Positions 48,039 through 57,462 of a stretch of 64,000 bases of DNA are shown here, piece by piece. How positions within the stretch are numbered: position 1 is the stretch's first letter; every line of letters begins with the position of its first letter. The stretch is from Acidimicrobiia bacterium (lineage in GTDB: Bacteria > Actinomycetota > Acidimicrobiia > Spongiisociales > ZC4RG35): the NCBI GenBank assembly GCA_965216905.1, contig OZ244213.1:1210735-1274734 (forward strand), read 5' to 3'. The translations under genes and the position numbers were made by a program. Below the pieces are notes generated by a model, which searched no databases, was not told the origin of the DNA, and saw nothing but the letters and a program-made list of their open reading frames with translations.

Positions 48039-49484
48039 ATGCGACGGATGGGCACGATGCTGGTGGGAGCGATCATCATGGCGCTGGCGGTCCCCGCCAT
48101 GGCCGCCCCGGTCTCACCGGTGGGTACGTTCACCGACGACAACAACAGCGTCCACGAAGCCGACATCGAAGCCATCGCCACCGCCGGCATCACCCGCGGC
48201 TGCAACCCACCCACCAACGACAACTACTGCCCAGACGACCCCGTCACCCGCGCACAAATGGCCAGCTTCCTCACCAGAGCACTCGGCCTCACCCCCATCA
48301 CCCCCACCCCACCCAGCGGAACCTTCACCGACGACGACACCAACATCCACGAAGCCGACATCGAAGCCATCGCCGCCGCCGGCATCACCCGCGGCTGCAA
48401 CCCACCCACCAACGACAACTACTGCCCAGACGACCCCGTCACCCGCGCACAAATGGCCAGCTTCCTCACCAGAGCACTCGGCCTCACCCCCATCACCCCC
48501 ACCCCACCCAGCGGAACCTTCACCGACGACGACACCAACATCCACGAAGCCGACATCGAAGCCATCGCCGCCGCCGGCATCACCCGCGGCTGCAACCCAC
48601 CCACCAACGACAACTACTGCCCAGACGACCCCGTCACCCGCGCGCAAATGGCCAGCTTCCTCACCAGAGCACTCGGCCTCACTCCGATGCCGCCGCCATC
48701 GGTGAGCGATGCGCATCTGTCGCGAGTGTTCTTCTTCTCGCCGCTGGCGCCACCCTCCACACCGGACGGGCCGTATCTGGCGACGGTCGCCCGGTACGGC
48801 GAGTCCGCCGCCACGCCCGACGACCTGCTCGACATGCTCCTCGACGGTCCGTCCGCATCCGAGGTGGCCGACGGGTTCTCGACCAACATCCCGGAAGGGG
48901 TGGTCTCCAACGAACCGGTGGCAGTCGCCGGCGGGACGGCCACCGTCGACCTGTCGGAGAACTTCGACGACGGGGGTGGCAGCGCCGCGATGCTGGGTCG
49001 ACTGGCCGAGCTGACGTTCACCCTCACCGGTCTTCCCACCATCGAGCACGTGCAACTGGAGCTGGACGACGTCCCGGTGGCGGTCTTCTCCTCGGAGGGC
49101 ATCCTGATACCGCCCGGCGGCCTCGACCGGGAGTACTTCCTCCCGACCGAAACCGAGGAGGGACCGGGCGTGGCGCCGGACATCATGCCGGAGGCGCCCG
49201 CCCACGGCGAGGCGGTGGAGAGCCCGATCGAGGTACGTGGACTCTCTCGAACCTTCGAAGCCACCGTCGAGTGGGAACTCCTCGATGCCGGCGGCGCCGT
49301 CATCGCCCAGGGCTTCGAGACCACGGGCAGCGGGACGGCAACGATGCTCCCGATGGAGATCGACATTCCGTACGTCACCGCGGGGATCCAGATGGGCACC
49401 CTGAACCTGTGGTGGACATCGCCGGCGGACGGTGCCCCGGCCCGCTCCGATCAGCGCTCGGTCCGGGTGTGGCTGACCCCTTGA
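48039..49484 (+). CDS. Secreted protein with three tandem SLH-like repeats, followed by GerMN-like and Gmad2-like (Ig-like) domains.
   Basis: Signal peptide MRRMGTMLVGAIIMALAVPAMAAP. Three copies of about 65 aa each (FTDDDTNIHEADIEAIAAAGITRGCNPPTNDNYCPDDPVTRAQMASFLTRALGL). The C-terminal two domains resemble spore-germination GerMN/Gmad2 folds. Confidence 0.7.
   Translation: MRRMGTMLVGAIIMALAVPAMAAPVSPVGTFTDDNNSVHEADIEAIATAGITRGCNPPTNDNYCPDDPVTRAQMASFLTRALGLTPITPTPPSGTFTDDDTNIHEADIEAIAAAGITRGCNPPTNDNYCPDDPVTRAQMASFLTRALGLTPITPTPPSGTFTDDDTNIHEADIEAIAAAGITRGCNPPTNDNYCPDDPVTRAQMASFLTRALGLTPMPPPSVSDAHLSRVFFFSPLAPPSTPDGPYLATVARYGESAATPDDLLDMLLDGPSASEVADGFSTNIPEGVVSNEPVAVAGGTATVDLSENFDDGGGSAAMLGRLAELTFTLTGLPTIEHVQLELDDVPVAVFSSEGILIPPGGLDREYFLPTETEEGPGVAPDIMPEAPAHGEAVESPIEVRGLSRTFEATVEWELLDAGGAVIAQGFETTGSGTATMLPMEIDIPYVTAGIQMGTLNLWWTSPADGAPARSDQRSVRVWLTP
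48120..48700. repeat. Tandem direct repeat of 195 bp, about three copies; copies 2 and 3 are identical.
   Basis: The minus-strand ORFs 48224..48418 and 48419..48613 translate to the same 64 aa, so the underlying DNA is identical over at least 2x195 bp. Copy 1 is slightly diverged. Confidence 0.85.
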
Positions 49485-49517
49485 CCCGCGGCGGTAGCCA
49501 CCCACGCTGAAACCCGG

Positions 49518-49609
49518 GCACAACCCACCGGCACAACCCACCCGGCACAACCCACCGGCACGACCCTGCTGGGAGTGAAGGACCGCGATCGGACCTCACT
49601 CCCAGCGGG
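49518..49609. repeat. 3.5 tandem copies of a 13-14 bp unit (GGCACAACCCACC), followed by a hairpin terminator shared by the convergent SLH-protein and dnaB genes.
   Basis: cgGGCACAACCCACCGGCACAACCCACCCGGCACAACCCACCGGCACGACCC, then CTGGGAGTGA...TCACTCCCAG inverted repeat (49567-49609). Confidence 0.6.
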
Positions 49610-49612
49610 TTG

Positions 49613-50962
49613 TCAGTCCCGGCCGATGTTGGCGAACAGGGTGTACTCGGGCATGAACGTCATCTTCACGACGCCGGTCGAGCCCGCCCGATGCTTCGCC
49701 ACCATCACCTCGGCCACTCCCCGGTCATCGGACTGCTCGTTGTAGTACTCGTCGCGATAGATGAAGATCACGACGTCGGCGTCCTGCTCCAACGAACCGG
49801 ACTCGCGGAGATCGCCGAGCCGGGGCCGCTTGTCTTCTCGGCTCTCGAGGTTCCGGTTCAGCTGGCTCACGGCGATGATCGGGACGTCGAGTTCCCGGGC
49901 CAGGTTCTTGAGCGAGCGGGAGATCTCGGCGATCTCCTGCTGGCGGTTCTCACGGCTCGACCCCTGCATCAGTTGGAGGTAGTCGATGACGATCAGATCC
50001 AGCCCGTGGCGTCGCTTCAGCCGGCGCGACTTCGCACGAATGTCGGTGACGGTCACCACGGGCGAATCGTCCACGAAGACAGGAGCCTTGTAGAGCCTTC
50101 CGGCGGCGTCGGTGAGCCTCGGCCAGGCCATGTCGCCGATCTGTCCGGTCTTCAGCTTCATCGAATCGATGCGTGCCTTGGAACACAGCATGCGCTGTGC
50201 GACCTCTTCCTTGGACATCTCCAGCGAGAACACAGCAACCGGTCGTCCCTGATCGACCGCCACGTTCATGGCGATGTTGGCGGTGAGGGCGCTCTTCCCC
50301 ATGGCCGGACGGGCGGCGATGATCACCAGGTTGGCCGGGTGCAGCCCCGTCAGCTTCTTGTCGAGATCGGTGAATCCGCTGGAGAGGCCGGTGATGTCGG
50401 AGCCCTGGGCTTCGAGCCGTTCCAACTCTTCCAACGTGGAGAAGAACAAGGGCCCGATGGGCTGCATCGTGTCGCCCACCTTGCGCCCGGCGACCGACAG
50501 GACGGTCTGTTCGGCCCGATCCAAGACCGTGTGGATCTCGTCATCGAGGCGGAACGCCAGGTCGGTGATCGAGGAGCCCGCCTTCATGAGGTGACGCCGC
50601 TGGCTGTGCTCCTCAACGATCCCGGCGTAGAACTCGACGTTCGCCGCCGACGGGACGATGTCGAGCAGCCGGGTGATCCCCGCCACTCCGCCCACTCGCT
50701 CCAGCTGGCCGACCCGGCGAAGCTCTTCGGCCACCGTGATCGCATCGATCGCCTGGTTGGCGTTGAACAGGTCACGAATCGCGGTGTAGATCGCCTGATG
50801 TGCCGGGAAGTAGAAGTCTTCAGGGCTCAGCTTGTCCATGACGTCGCTGGCGGCATCGTTGGAGAGCAGGATCGAGCCGATCACCGACTCCTCCGCCTCT
50901 ACCGAGTGGGGCGGGACCTTCGCTCCGGCGCGCTCGCCGCGATACTCCTGGGCCGTCGTCAC
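49613..50962 (-). CDS. dnaB: Replicative DNA helicase.
   Basis: 449 aa. Walker A ARPAMGKSAL, the DnaB N-terminal domain (PHSVEAEESVIGSIL), and no intein. Confidence 0.93.
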   Translation of the reverse strand: MTTAQEYRGERAGAKVPPHSVEAEESVIGSILLSNDAASDVMDKLSPEDFYFPAHQAIYTAIRDLFNANQAIDAITVAEELRRVGQLERVGGVAGITRLLDIVPSAANVEFYAGIVEEHSQRRHLMKAGSSITDLAFRLDDEIHTVLDRAEQTVLSVAGRKVGDTMQPIGPLFFSTLEELERLEAQGSDITGLSSGFTDLDKKLTGLHPANLVIIAARPAMGKSALTANIAMNVAVDQGRPVAVFSLEMSKEEVAQRMLCSKARIDSMKLKTGQIGDMAWPRLTDAAGRLYKAPVFVDDSPVVTVTDIRAKSRRLKRRHGLDLIVIDYLQLMQGSSRENRQQEIAEISRSLKNLARELDVPIIAVSQLNRNLESREDKRPRLGDLRESGSLEQDADVVIFIYRDEYYNEQSDDRGVAEVMVAKHRAGSTGVVKMTFMPEYTLFANIGRD

Positions 50963-51206
50963 GCTCAGCTCCTCCCATTGTCACGGTGCCCGGGATGGCA
51001 TGTCCTTCATACCGGACCCGTATGACAGAACGCGTCAACGCAGCCGGCCGAGGGGAAGTGCGGCCACCGTACCCGTCCCAACCAGAGCGCGGAAACGCGA
51101 TAGCTCGACGGGGACTCATCGGTCCTCCCCGGCCGTCCCGCGATTCAACCGAGCCGAGTCGGGTACGCCATCGACGAACGGCTCGCGAGAGAGAAGGAGG
51201 CCCGCC

Positions 51207-51785
51207 GTGGCGGACAACACGGTTTCGGAGGCGAAGCGAGAAGCGGCGGAGGTCAAGGACCTCGCCCAGGAGGAAGCAAGCAAGGTCAAGGACCAGGCAC
51301 TCGACGAGGCTCGGGACATCGCCGATGAGGCCCGCGAACGATCTCGGCGCCTGGCCGACCAGGCCGGACGGCGGGTCCGCTCGGAGGCCGAAAGGCAAGC
51401 GGCCGTGGTGGCCTCGGGCGCACGCCGGTTGAGCGGCGAACTTCGCAGCATGGCCAACCGACCCGAAGGCCCCGAGGGAATGGCAACGGCCGCGCTGCGA
51501 GGGGCGTCGGAGTGGATCGAGGGACGGCTCGCACGGTATGAGCAGGGCGGACTGGAAGGGGTGGTGAAGGACGTCGAGCGGTTCGCTCGGCAGCGCCCGG
51601 CGGCATTCCTCGCCGGTGCGGCGGCCGCCGGCGTGGCGGTCGGTCGGGTGCTCCGCAATCGCCCCGACGGCTCGTCACCATCACCAGACGTCGACTCGCC
51701 GTCCAACATCGCGGCCGCACCGGCCGGGGCGCCGGATCTCCCGGCATCGTCGGACCCGGTCGTCCGCCCCGGGGGAACCGAATGA
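51207..51785 (+). CDS. Coiled-coil, membrane-associated protein (alanine/glutamate-rich, YtxH/phasin-like) of unknown function.
   Basis: GTG start preceded by GAGAGAAGGAGG. The N-terminus KREAAEVKDLAQEEASKVKDQALDEARDIADEARER is a likely coiled coil. Hydrophobic segment AAFLAGAAAAGVAVG near the C-terminus. Confidence 0.55.
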   Translation: MADNTVSEAKREAAEVKDLAQEEASKVKDQALDEARDIADEARERSRRLADQAGRRVRSEAERQAAVVASGARRLSGELRSMANRPEGPEGMATAALRGASEWIEGRLARYEQGGLEGVVKDVERFARQRPAAFLAGAAAAGVAVGRVLRNRPDGSSPSPDVDSPSNIAAAPAGAPDLPASSDPVVRPGGTE

Positions 51786-52189
51786 CAATGGACTCGGGCC
51801 GACAGGATGAGAAGTCGCTGCCGCAACTCATCACGCAACTGGCCGATCAGGTCGGCGACTTGATCTCGACCGAGATCTCCCTCGCCAAGGCCGAGATCAC
51901 CGCCGAGATCAGGAAGTCCGGACGGGCAGGAGGGATGCTCGGAGGCGCGGCCGTGCTCGGCAATCTCGCAGTCCTGCTCTTCGGGCTCGCGGCCGCCTGG
52001 GGATTGGCAGCGATCCTCGACATCGCCGTCGGTTGGGGTTTGCTCATCGTGGCGACCGTCGTCGCCGTGTCGGCGGGCGGCCTCTTCGCGGCCGGCCGAA
52101 ACACCCTGAAAGAGGTCGACCCGGTTCCCGAGCGGGCGATCGAAACCCTGAAGGAGGTCCCATCGTGGACACGAGAGCAGAAGAACTAG
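51782..52189 (+). CDS. Holin-X-like protein (putative actinobacterial holin superfamily III; annotated elsewhere as phage holin family protein).
   Basis: 135 aa. An N-terminal amphipathic region (LPQLITQLADQVGDLISTEISLAKAEI), then two TM helices (GMLGGAAVLGNLAVLLFGLAAAW, LLIVATVVAVSAGGLFAAG). The start overlaps the upstream stop (ATGA). Confidence 0.6.
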   Translation: MTMDSGRQDEKSLPQLITQLADQVGDLISTEISLAKAEITAEIRKSGRAGGMLGGAAVLGNLAVLLFGLAAAWGLAAILDIAVGWGLLIVATVVAVSAGGLFAAGRNTLKEVDPVPERAIETLKEVPSWTREQKN

Positions 52190-52752
52190 AGCGCCGGGCA
52201 CGCCGGCAACGCTCCGACGTCGAGGAAACCATCGAAGAGATCGGAGATCGCGTCAGTCCCCGCGGGGTCTACGAGCGTCAGCGGCGAAACGTCCGTCAGA
52301 CCATTGGGGGATGGAAGGAGTCGGTGATGGGCTCACCGGCCTACGACTCCAACCACGTGTCCGACGCCGTGTCGAGTGAGAGCGGCTTGCTCGACCGGGC
52401 CGGCGACACGTTGGCGGAGGCACCCGCCGCAATCGAACGTCACACCCGCGGCAATCCGCTCGCCGCTGGGCTCATCGCGTTCGGAGCGGGTCTCCTCGCC
52501 GCCTCGGTGGCGCCACCGAGCGATCGTGAACGCCGGATGGTGGCACAGCGTGAGACACAGGTTCGCCGGGTTGCCGAGGACGTGAAGGACGCCGCCCAGG
52601 AGGTGGGGTCCGACCTGAAGGACGAGGCCAAGCGCCATATCCAAGAGGTGAAGGAGTCGGCCGCGGATTCGCTCGAGACGGTGAAGGACGAGGCTTCCGA
52701 CCGCGCCAAATCGATCAAGGACAAGGCAGAGAAGGCGGCCGATCGGATGTGA
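52165..52752 (+). CDS. DUF3618-like protein (coiled-coil, one TM, then a KE-rich C-terminal repeat region).
   Basis: GTG start preceded by AAGGAGG. EELERRARRQRSDVEETIEEIGDRVSP, TM NPLAAGLIAFGAGLLAASV, then a C-terminus with repeated DxKDxAxE-like units. Overlaps the holin-like gene by 25 nt. Confidence 0.6.
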   Translation: MDTRAEELERRARRQRSDVEETIEEIGDRVSPRGVYERQRRNVRQTIGGWKESVMGSPAYDSNHVSDAVSSESGLLDRAGDTLAEAPAAIERHTRGNPLAAGLIAFGAGLLAASVAPPSDRERRMVAQRETQVRRVAEDVKDAAQEVGSDLKDEAKRHIQEVKESAADSLETVKDEASDRAKSIKDKAEKAADRM

Positions 52753-52849
52753 GCTCTTCCGGGGTGGGTCCTCGCCACCCGAGCGATCCACCCCGGAGCC
52801 CATCCCTCGCGGCCACGTTGGAACAGACGCGGCGTCGCCGGAGTTTCGG

Positions 52850-53986
52850 CTAGTCCCCGCTCTTTCCGAAGCCGGTCGGACCTCGCCGACGCTCCCAGGG
52901 TGTGGGGCCGGTGGCGATTCGGGAACGCATCTGCCCCATCCGGGGCTCGATGACGAACTCGACGAACACGAGCTTCAGGATGGCGGTGACCGGCAAGGCC
53001 AAGAGCGCGCCGGCCACCCCGGCCAGCGCCCCGCCCGCCAGGAAGGCGACGATCACAGCCGGCGGACTCAGGTCCACGGTGTGACGCATGATCTTCGGAA
53101 CGACGAGGTAGTTCTCGAGCTGCTGATAGAGGACGATGAAGGCGAGGGAGGCGACGAACGCTTCGAGTCCGTGGGTGGCAGCCACTCCGAGTACCGCCAC
53201 CGAACCCAACACCACGCCGACGACGGGGATGACATCGGTGAACCCGACCCAAGCCGCCAGGGCGACTGCGTAGTCCAGGCCGATCACCTGGAATGCCGCG
53301 AACGACACCACGAACGCCACCAACGAGACCAGCAGATTTCCGGCGACGAAGCCCGAGATTCGGTCGACCGATTGGTTCAACACGTGGAGGACGTCGGGCC
53401 GGTCCTCGCGCTGCACGAGCCGGAGGAGGAACCGCTTCATGTCGGGGAACGCATACGAGAAGTACGGCGTCAGGATCCCGACGGTGACGAGATTCACCAC
53501 TCCGGCTCCCACGCTTCCGAGCGTGGCGACGGCGACCGACTCGTTGTCCGCCACCAATGACCCCGGGTCGAGCCGGCCCAACACCTCGCCGATTGGACCA
53601 CCACCGGCTTGGAGATCGTCGAACAGCACGGGTAGGGCGTCGACTGCATCAGCGAGCTGGGTGACGAGGGCGGGGACGACGGCCACCAAGAAGCCTCCCA
53701 CCACCACGCCGCCGGCGGCCATGACGATCGCCAGGGCCATCGCTCGGGACAGTCCCCGGTGTTCAAACCATGCGAGCGCCGGCTGGACGCCCAAGGCGAG
53801 AACGAAGGATGCGGCGACGATCAGGAGGATGGGCCGCAGCTCGAGCACGAGCAGGAGCACGACGACCACCCCGATGAGTACGACGCCGATCTTCAACCAG
53901 TAGCTGATCGGCGGCCAGCCGAGGTCGCCTCGCATCTGGCCGCCCGACCGCGTGGTCTCATCGGCTTTGGGGGCATCGTCGGGCAC
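52850..53986 (-). CDS. AI-2E family transporter (UPF0118 / PerM-like).
   Basis: 378 aa with 8 TM helices. FVVSFAAFQVIGLDYAV...VIPVVGVVLG...LALPVTA is typical of this family. Confidence 0.85.
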   Translation of the reverse strand: MPDDAPKADETTRSGGQMRGDLGWPPISYWLKIGVVLIGVVVVLLLVLELRPILLIVAASFVLALGVQPALAWFEHRGLSRAMALAIVMAAGGVVVGGFLVAVVPALVTQLADAVDALPVLFDDLQAGGGPIGEVLGRLDPGSLVADNESVAVATLGSVGAGVVNLVTVGILTPYFSYAFPDMKRFLLRLVQREDRPDVLHVLNQSVDRISGFVAGNLLVSLVAFVVSFAAFQVIGLDYAVALAAWVGFTDVIPVVGVVLGSVAVLGVAATHGLEAFVASLAFIVLYQQLENYLVVPKIMRHTVDLSPPAVIVAFLAGGALAGVAGALLALPVTAILKLVFVEFVIEPRMGQMRSRIATGPTPWERRRGPTGFGKSGD

Positions 53987-54038
53987 GCCCGATCGAGTAC
54001 CCGCCGTGACGAGATTGAATCCCGGGACCGGGTTTCGT

Positions 54039-54491
54039 TCAGGCGGGGATCACGTCCAGCGTGATCGGGAACTCCACCTCCGGATGGAGCTTCAGCCACA
54101 CCTCGTGCAACCCGATCGCCTTGATCGGCGTACGGATGTCGACCGATCGCTTCTCGACCTCGACACCGGTGAACCGAACGATCCCTTCGACCACGTCGTT
54201 GGTTCCGATCGATCCGTAGAGCTTGCCCTCGTCTCCGGCCTGGGCGGCGAGCACGACCCGGGTCCCGGCCAACTGGGTGGCGATCCGCTCGGCCGCCTCG
54301 CGGGCGCTCCGATCCGCCACCTCCCGGGCCTCCCGCAGGCGTTCGGCCTGCGTCAGCGCACCCTCGGTGGCCTTGATGGCCTTCTTCTTCGGCAGCAGGA
54401 AGTTGCGGGCATACCCGTCCGACACGTCCACCATGTCGCCCCGCTTTCCAAGCGTGCCGACGTCTTCGAGGAGAATCAGCTTGATGCTCAT
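54039..54491 (-). CDS. rplI: 50S ribosomal protein L9.
   Basis: [38 protein letters not shown], the classic L9 N-terminus. Confidence 0.93.
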   Translation of the reverse strand: MSIKLILLEDVGTLGKRGDMVDVSDGYARNFLLPKKKAIKATEGALTQAERLREAREVADRSAREAAERIATQLAGTRVVLAAQAGDEGKLYGSIGTNDVVEGIVRFTGVEVEKRSVDIRTPIKAIGLHEVWLKLHPEVEFPITLDVIPA

Positions 54492-54766
54492 CGGTTCCCC
54501 ACGTACGGGAGCAGGGCCATTTCGCGTGCGTTCTTGATGGCCACGGCGACGGCGCGCTGATGGCGCGGACAGTTCCCGGTCACGCGACGGGCGCGGATCT
54601 TGGCGCGGTCGGACATGAACCGGCGCAGCAGTGCAACGTCCTTGTAGTCGACATGGTCGACCTTCTCGGTGCAGAAGTGACAGACCCGGCGTTTGACCCG
54701 CCGGCCGCCGGCATCGGGACGGCGGCGCCGGCGTTGGCTGCTCTTGTTGTTGGATGAACGTGCCAT
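54488..54766 (-). CDS. rpsR: 30S ribosomal protein S18.
   Basis: 92 aa. [43 protein letters not shown]. Confidence 0.9.
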   Translation of the reverse strand: MARSSNNKSSQRRRRRPDAGGRRVKRRVCHFCTEKVDHVDYKDVALLRRFMSDRAKIRARRVTGNCPRHQRAVAVAIKNAREMALLPYVGNR

Positions 54767-54779
54767 GGGTGCTCCTGAA

Positions 54780-55223
54780 TCAGAATGGTGCTTCGTCGGG
54801 GCCGTAGTCGGTACGGGCCACCGGTCCGGGCGGTGGAGGCGTCGAGCCTCCGAAATCGCCACCACCCTGCCGGGTGGTCCGGGTCACGGTCGCCGTCGCC
54901 CAACGGAGGCTGGGACCGATCTCGTCGATCGCCACCTCGACGATCGACCGCTTGTCGCCCTCGTTGGTCTCCCAGGAGCGCTGCTCGAGCCGACCGGTGA
55001 CGATCACCCGCATCCCCTTCTGGAGGGACTCGGCTGCACTCTCGGCCTGTTCACGCCACAGGGTGCCGCCGAAGAACGACGTATCCTCCTGCCACTCGCC
55101 ATCGCTCCCGCGCCAGCGACGATTGACGGCCATCCGAATCTTGGCCATTGCCACACCGGACGGGGTGAACCGCAGTTCCGGATCGTCGACGAGGTTGCCG
55201 GTCAGGGTCACGTTGTTGGACAT
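54780..55223 (-). CDS. ssb: Single-stranded DNA-binding protein.
   Basis: OB-fold N-terminus ([33 protein letters not shown]), a Gly/Pro-rich linker and the acidic tip DEAPF. Confidence 0.92.
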   Translation of the reverse strand: MSNNVTLTGNLVDDPELRFTPSGVAMAKIRMAVNRRWRGSDGEWQEDTSFFGGTLWREQAESAAESLQKGMRVIVTGRLEQRSWETNEGDKRSIVEVAIDEIGPSLRWATATVTRTTRQGGGDFGGSTPPPPGPVARTDYGPDEAPF

Positions 55224-55316
55224 GGATGCTCCTTTCGTCCGCCACCGTCGAGCGTCACTCCCGGTCTCAGACCATGGTGACGTGCGCCGGTGACAGGAAT
55301 CTCGATGTGCTTCCGG

Positions 55317-55604
55317 TCAGCCGCTCGCACGGGTGAACTTGTGACGAACGACTTCGTCCTGCAGCGACAACGCCCGATCCATGAGATCGACGATCTCGAC
55401 ATCCGCCGCGAAGCCGAAGACCGTGTAATAGCCCTCGGAAAGGTGGTTGATGTCATAGGCGAAGCGCCGCTTGCCCCAGACATCGGTGGTATTGACCTCG
55501 GCTCCGGAGTCGCCGAGAGCTTTCTCGATGTCGGCGACCAACGCCTTCACATCGTCCTCGGCGAGTTCGGGCCGATGAATGGTCATCAGCTCATAACTGC
55601 GCAT
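55317..55604 (-). CDS. rpsF: 30S ribosomal protein S6.
   Basis: 95 aa, MRSYELMTIHRPELAEDDVKALV...RRFAYDINH. RBS AGGAGG upstream. Confidence 0.92.
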   Translation of the reverse strand: MRSYELMTIHRPELAEDDVKALVADIEKALGDSGAEVNTTDVWGKRRFAYDINHLSEGYYTVFGFAADVEIVDLMDRALSLQDEVVRHKFTRASG

Positions 55605-55809
55605 AGTTCCTCCTGTGGACATCGGCTCGGAGGCCGAAGGCCCCGTCGCGGTACAGCAGCACCGGAGCGGAGCAGGTGGTGGGCCGCACGACGACTGCAC
55701 AACGGCTGCCGGGCGGCGTGAACGCCACCAGCCTACCGGTCGGGAATCCACGCCGAGAAATCGCGGCGGGAAATCGCGGCGGCGAGCGGGCCGCCGGGGA
55801 GCGGGCTGG

Positions 55810-57462
55810 TCAGCCGCCCGCCTGCCGTCGCAGTTCGAGGTAACGGGGCGCCAGCAGATCCTCGTATGGAAGTCGGATCGTGAAGCACGCACCTCCCAGG
55901 CGTTCCGACTCCCGGTAGCCGGCCTCGCCGGCATGGGCGAGGGCGAGATCGCGTACTCGGGCCAGCCCCAGCCCGGCACCGGGGATGGCGGCATCGAGCT
56001 GGTGCGCACCTCGCTCGAAGCGGCCCCAGATGGCCTCTTCATGCCGGGAGGCGACCCCCGGTCCGTCGTCGTGGACCTCGATGAGGCGTGCGGTCCCGTC
56101 GCGGCGGATGACGATGGTGATCGAACCGCCGCCGTAAGTCTTGGCGTTCTCCACGAGCGCTCCCACCATCTGCCGCAGACGTCGCGGGTCGGCCATCACC
56201 TTCACGTACGGCTCGACCTCGGCCCGGACTCGCCAACCGCTCAAGTCGCCTTCGAACACGTCCATCAGCGCTCGCCGCACGAGCACCTTGCCGTCGACCG
56301 GACGCGGGTCGACCGACACCGTGTCCAACTCGGCGCGGGCGAGGGCCGCCATGTCGCTCACCAGGTCGACGAGCCGTTTGGACTGCCGGTAGATGATGGC
56401 GGACATGTCCTTGGCCTCTTCGGCGGGCAAGCGGTCCCAAGATGCGGTGAGCACCTCGGCAAACCCGGCGACGGCGGTGAGCGGCGTCCTCAGTTCATGC
56501 GACATCGAGGCCAGGAGTTGATCGCGTTCCAACTCGACCAGCCGGCGGTACTCCCGCACGGTGGCCCAAGTTCGGCCGATCAATGCCGTCATCACGGCCA
56601 CGGCTCCGGCTCCGAGCGTCGCCGGAAGAGCCTCGCCGCGTACCAACGTCGAGCCGACCACCGCCGCCACCGCCACCGCCGGAACGTAGGGGACCAGCAG
56701 GCCCAGCCGAGCGGGTCGGGCGATGATCTGGCGACTTCGGTCCTGTGGCCTGACGAGCATCCATGGCAGCAAACCGAAGAGCGAAGCGGCGACCGACTCC
56801 GCCGTGTGCAGAACCCCGGCACCGACCCCGGAACTCATCAGGATCGGGAGTGATGCCCCTGCGGTCACGGCTGCCACGAGGGTGACGAGACGACGGTCGT
56901 CGACGTACCGGCTCTGGCGAAGCGAAACCACCATGACGGCGCCGGTGACGGTCGCCGTGAGGAGCATCCCCGCGAACGGAAGCCCGGGTACGAATCGGTT
57001 GAGGAGTACCAGGACCGCCGCCACGCCGGCCGCAGCATCGAATCTGATCCGGAGGCGTCCGAACACCGAAGCTCGCAGGTACGGGAGCCGGAGGAGGCCG
57101 ACGACCACGAGCCCGTGGAACGCCGCGATCGTGGCGTCGATCTGGGCTGGTGCGCCGAGCGCCAGTCGCGCCGCGACCACCCGTCCCAACCCCAGGACGA
57201 GGGCGGCCAGTCCGACCAGACCCCACGCGGCCGCCTCGCTCCGACCGGGCACCGCCCGGGTCGCCACGATCAGTGCACCGGCGAGGATCAGCAACCCGCC
57301 GGGAACGACGTCGAGCCAGGGAACCGGCAACGACAACGCCGAGACGAACGCCACGATCACCGCAGCAACGGTCACGACCCTCCCGCCGATCGAACCCACC
57401 CACGGCACCGGAATGGTGGCCGCCAGCGGGGGCCGATCGAACGGGGTTGCCTGTGACGCCAT
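55810..57462 (-). CDS. Sensor histidine kinase with a large polytopic N-terminal membrane domain.
   Basis: HisKA H-box SMSHELRTPLTAV, and the HATPase N (VENAKTYG), G1 (DDGPGV) and G2 (GAGLGLA) boxes. The N-terminal 330 aa hold about 9-10 TM helices. No response regulator is adjacent. Confidence 0.8.
   Translation of the reverse strand: MASQATPFDRPPLAATIPVPWVGSIGGRVVTVAAVIVAFVSALSLPVPWLDVVPGGLLILAGALIVATRAVPGRSEAAAWGLVGLAALVLGLGRVVAARLALGAPAQIDATIAAFHGLVVVGLLRLPYLRASVFGRLRIRFDAAAGVAAVLVLLNRFVPGLPFAGMLLTATVTGAVMVVSLRQSRYVDDRRLVTLVAAVTAGASLPILMSSGVGAGVLHTAESVAASLFGLLPWMLVRPQDRSRQIIARPARLGLLVPYVPAVAVAAVVGSTLVRGEALPATLGAGAVAVMTALIGRTWATVREYRRLVELERDQLLASMSHELRTPLTAVAGFAEVLTASWDRLPAEEAKDMSAIIYRQSKRLVDLVSDMAALARAELDTVSVDPRPVDGKVLVRRALMDVFEGDLSGWRVRAEVEPYVKVMADPRRLRQMVGALVENAKTYGGGSITIVIRRDGTARLIEVHDDGPGVASRHEEAIWGRFERGAHQLDAAIPGAGLGLARVRDLALAHAGEAGYRESERLGGACFTIRLPYEDLLAPRYLELRRQAGG

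Noticed and set aside
48224-48613. Two identical 64-aa minus-strand ORFs.
   Set aside because: These are artefacts of reading the opposite strand of the 195-bp tandem repeat inside the SLH-like gene. They are useful only as proof that the repeats are identical.
49613-50962. A DnaB intein, which is common in actinobacterial dnaB.
   Set aside because: The helicase is 449 aa with contiguous Walker A/B and no insertion. No intein splice motifs are present.
51782-52189. Possible prophage remnant, because of the holin-family protein.
   Set aside because: There are no terminase, capsid, tail, integrase or endolysin genes within 10 kb. The flanks are ribosomal and dnaB core genes. The holin-X family is widespread as a non-phage chromosomal gene in Actinobacteria.
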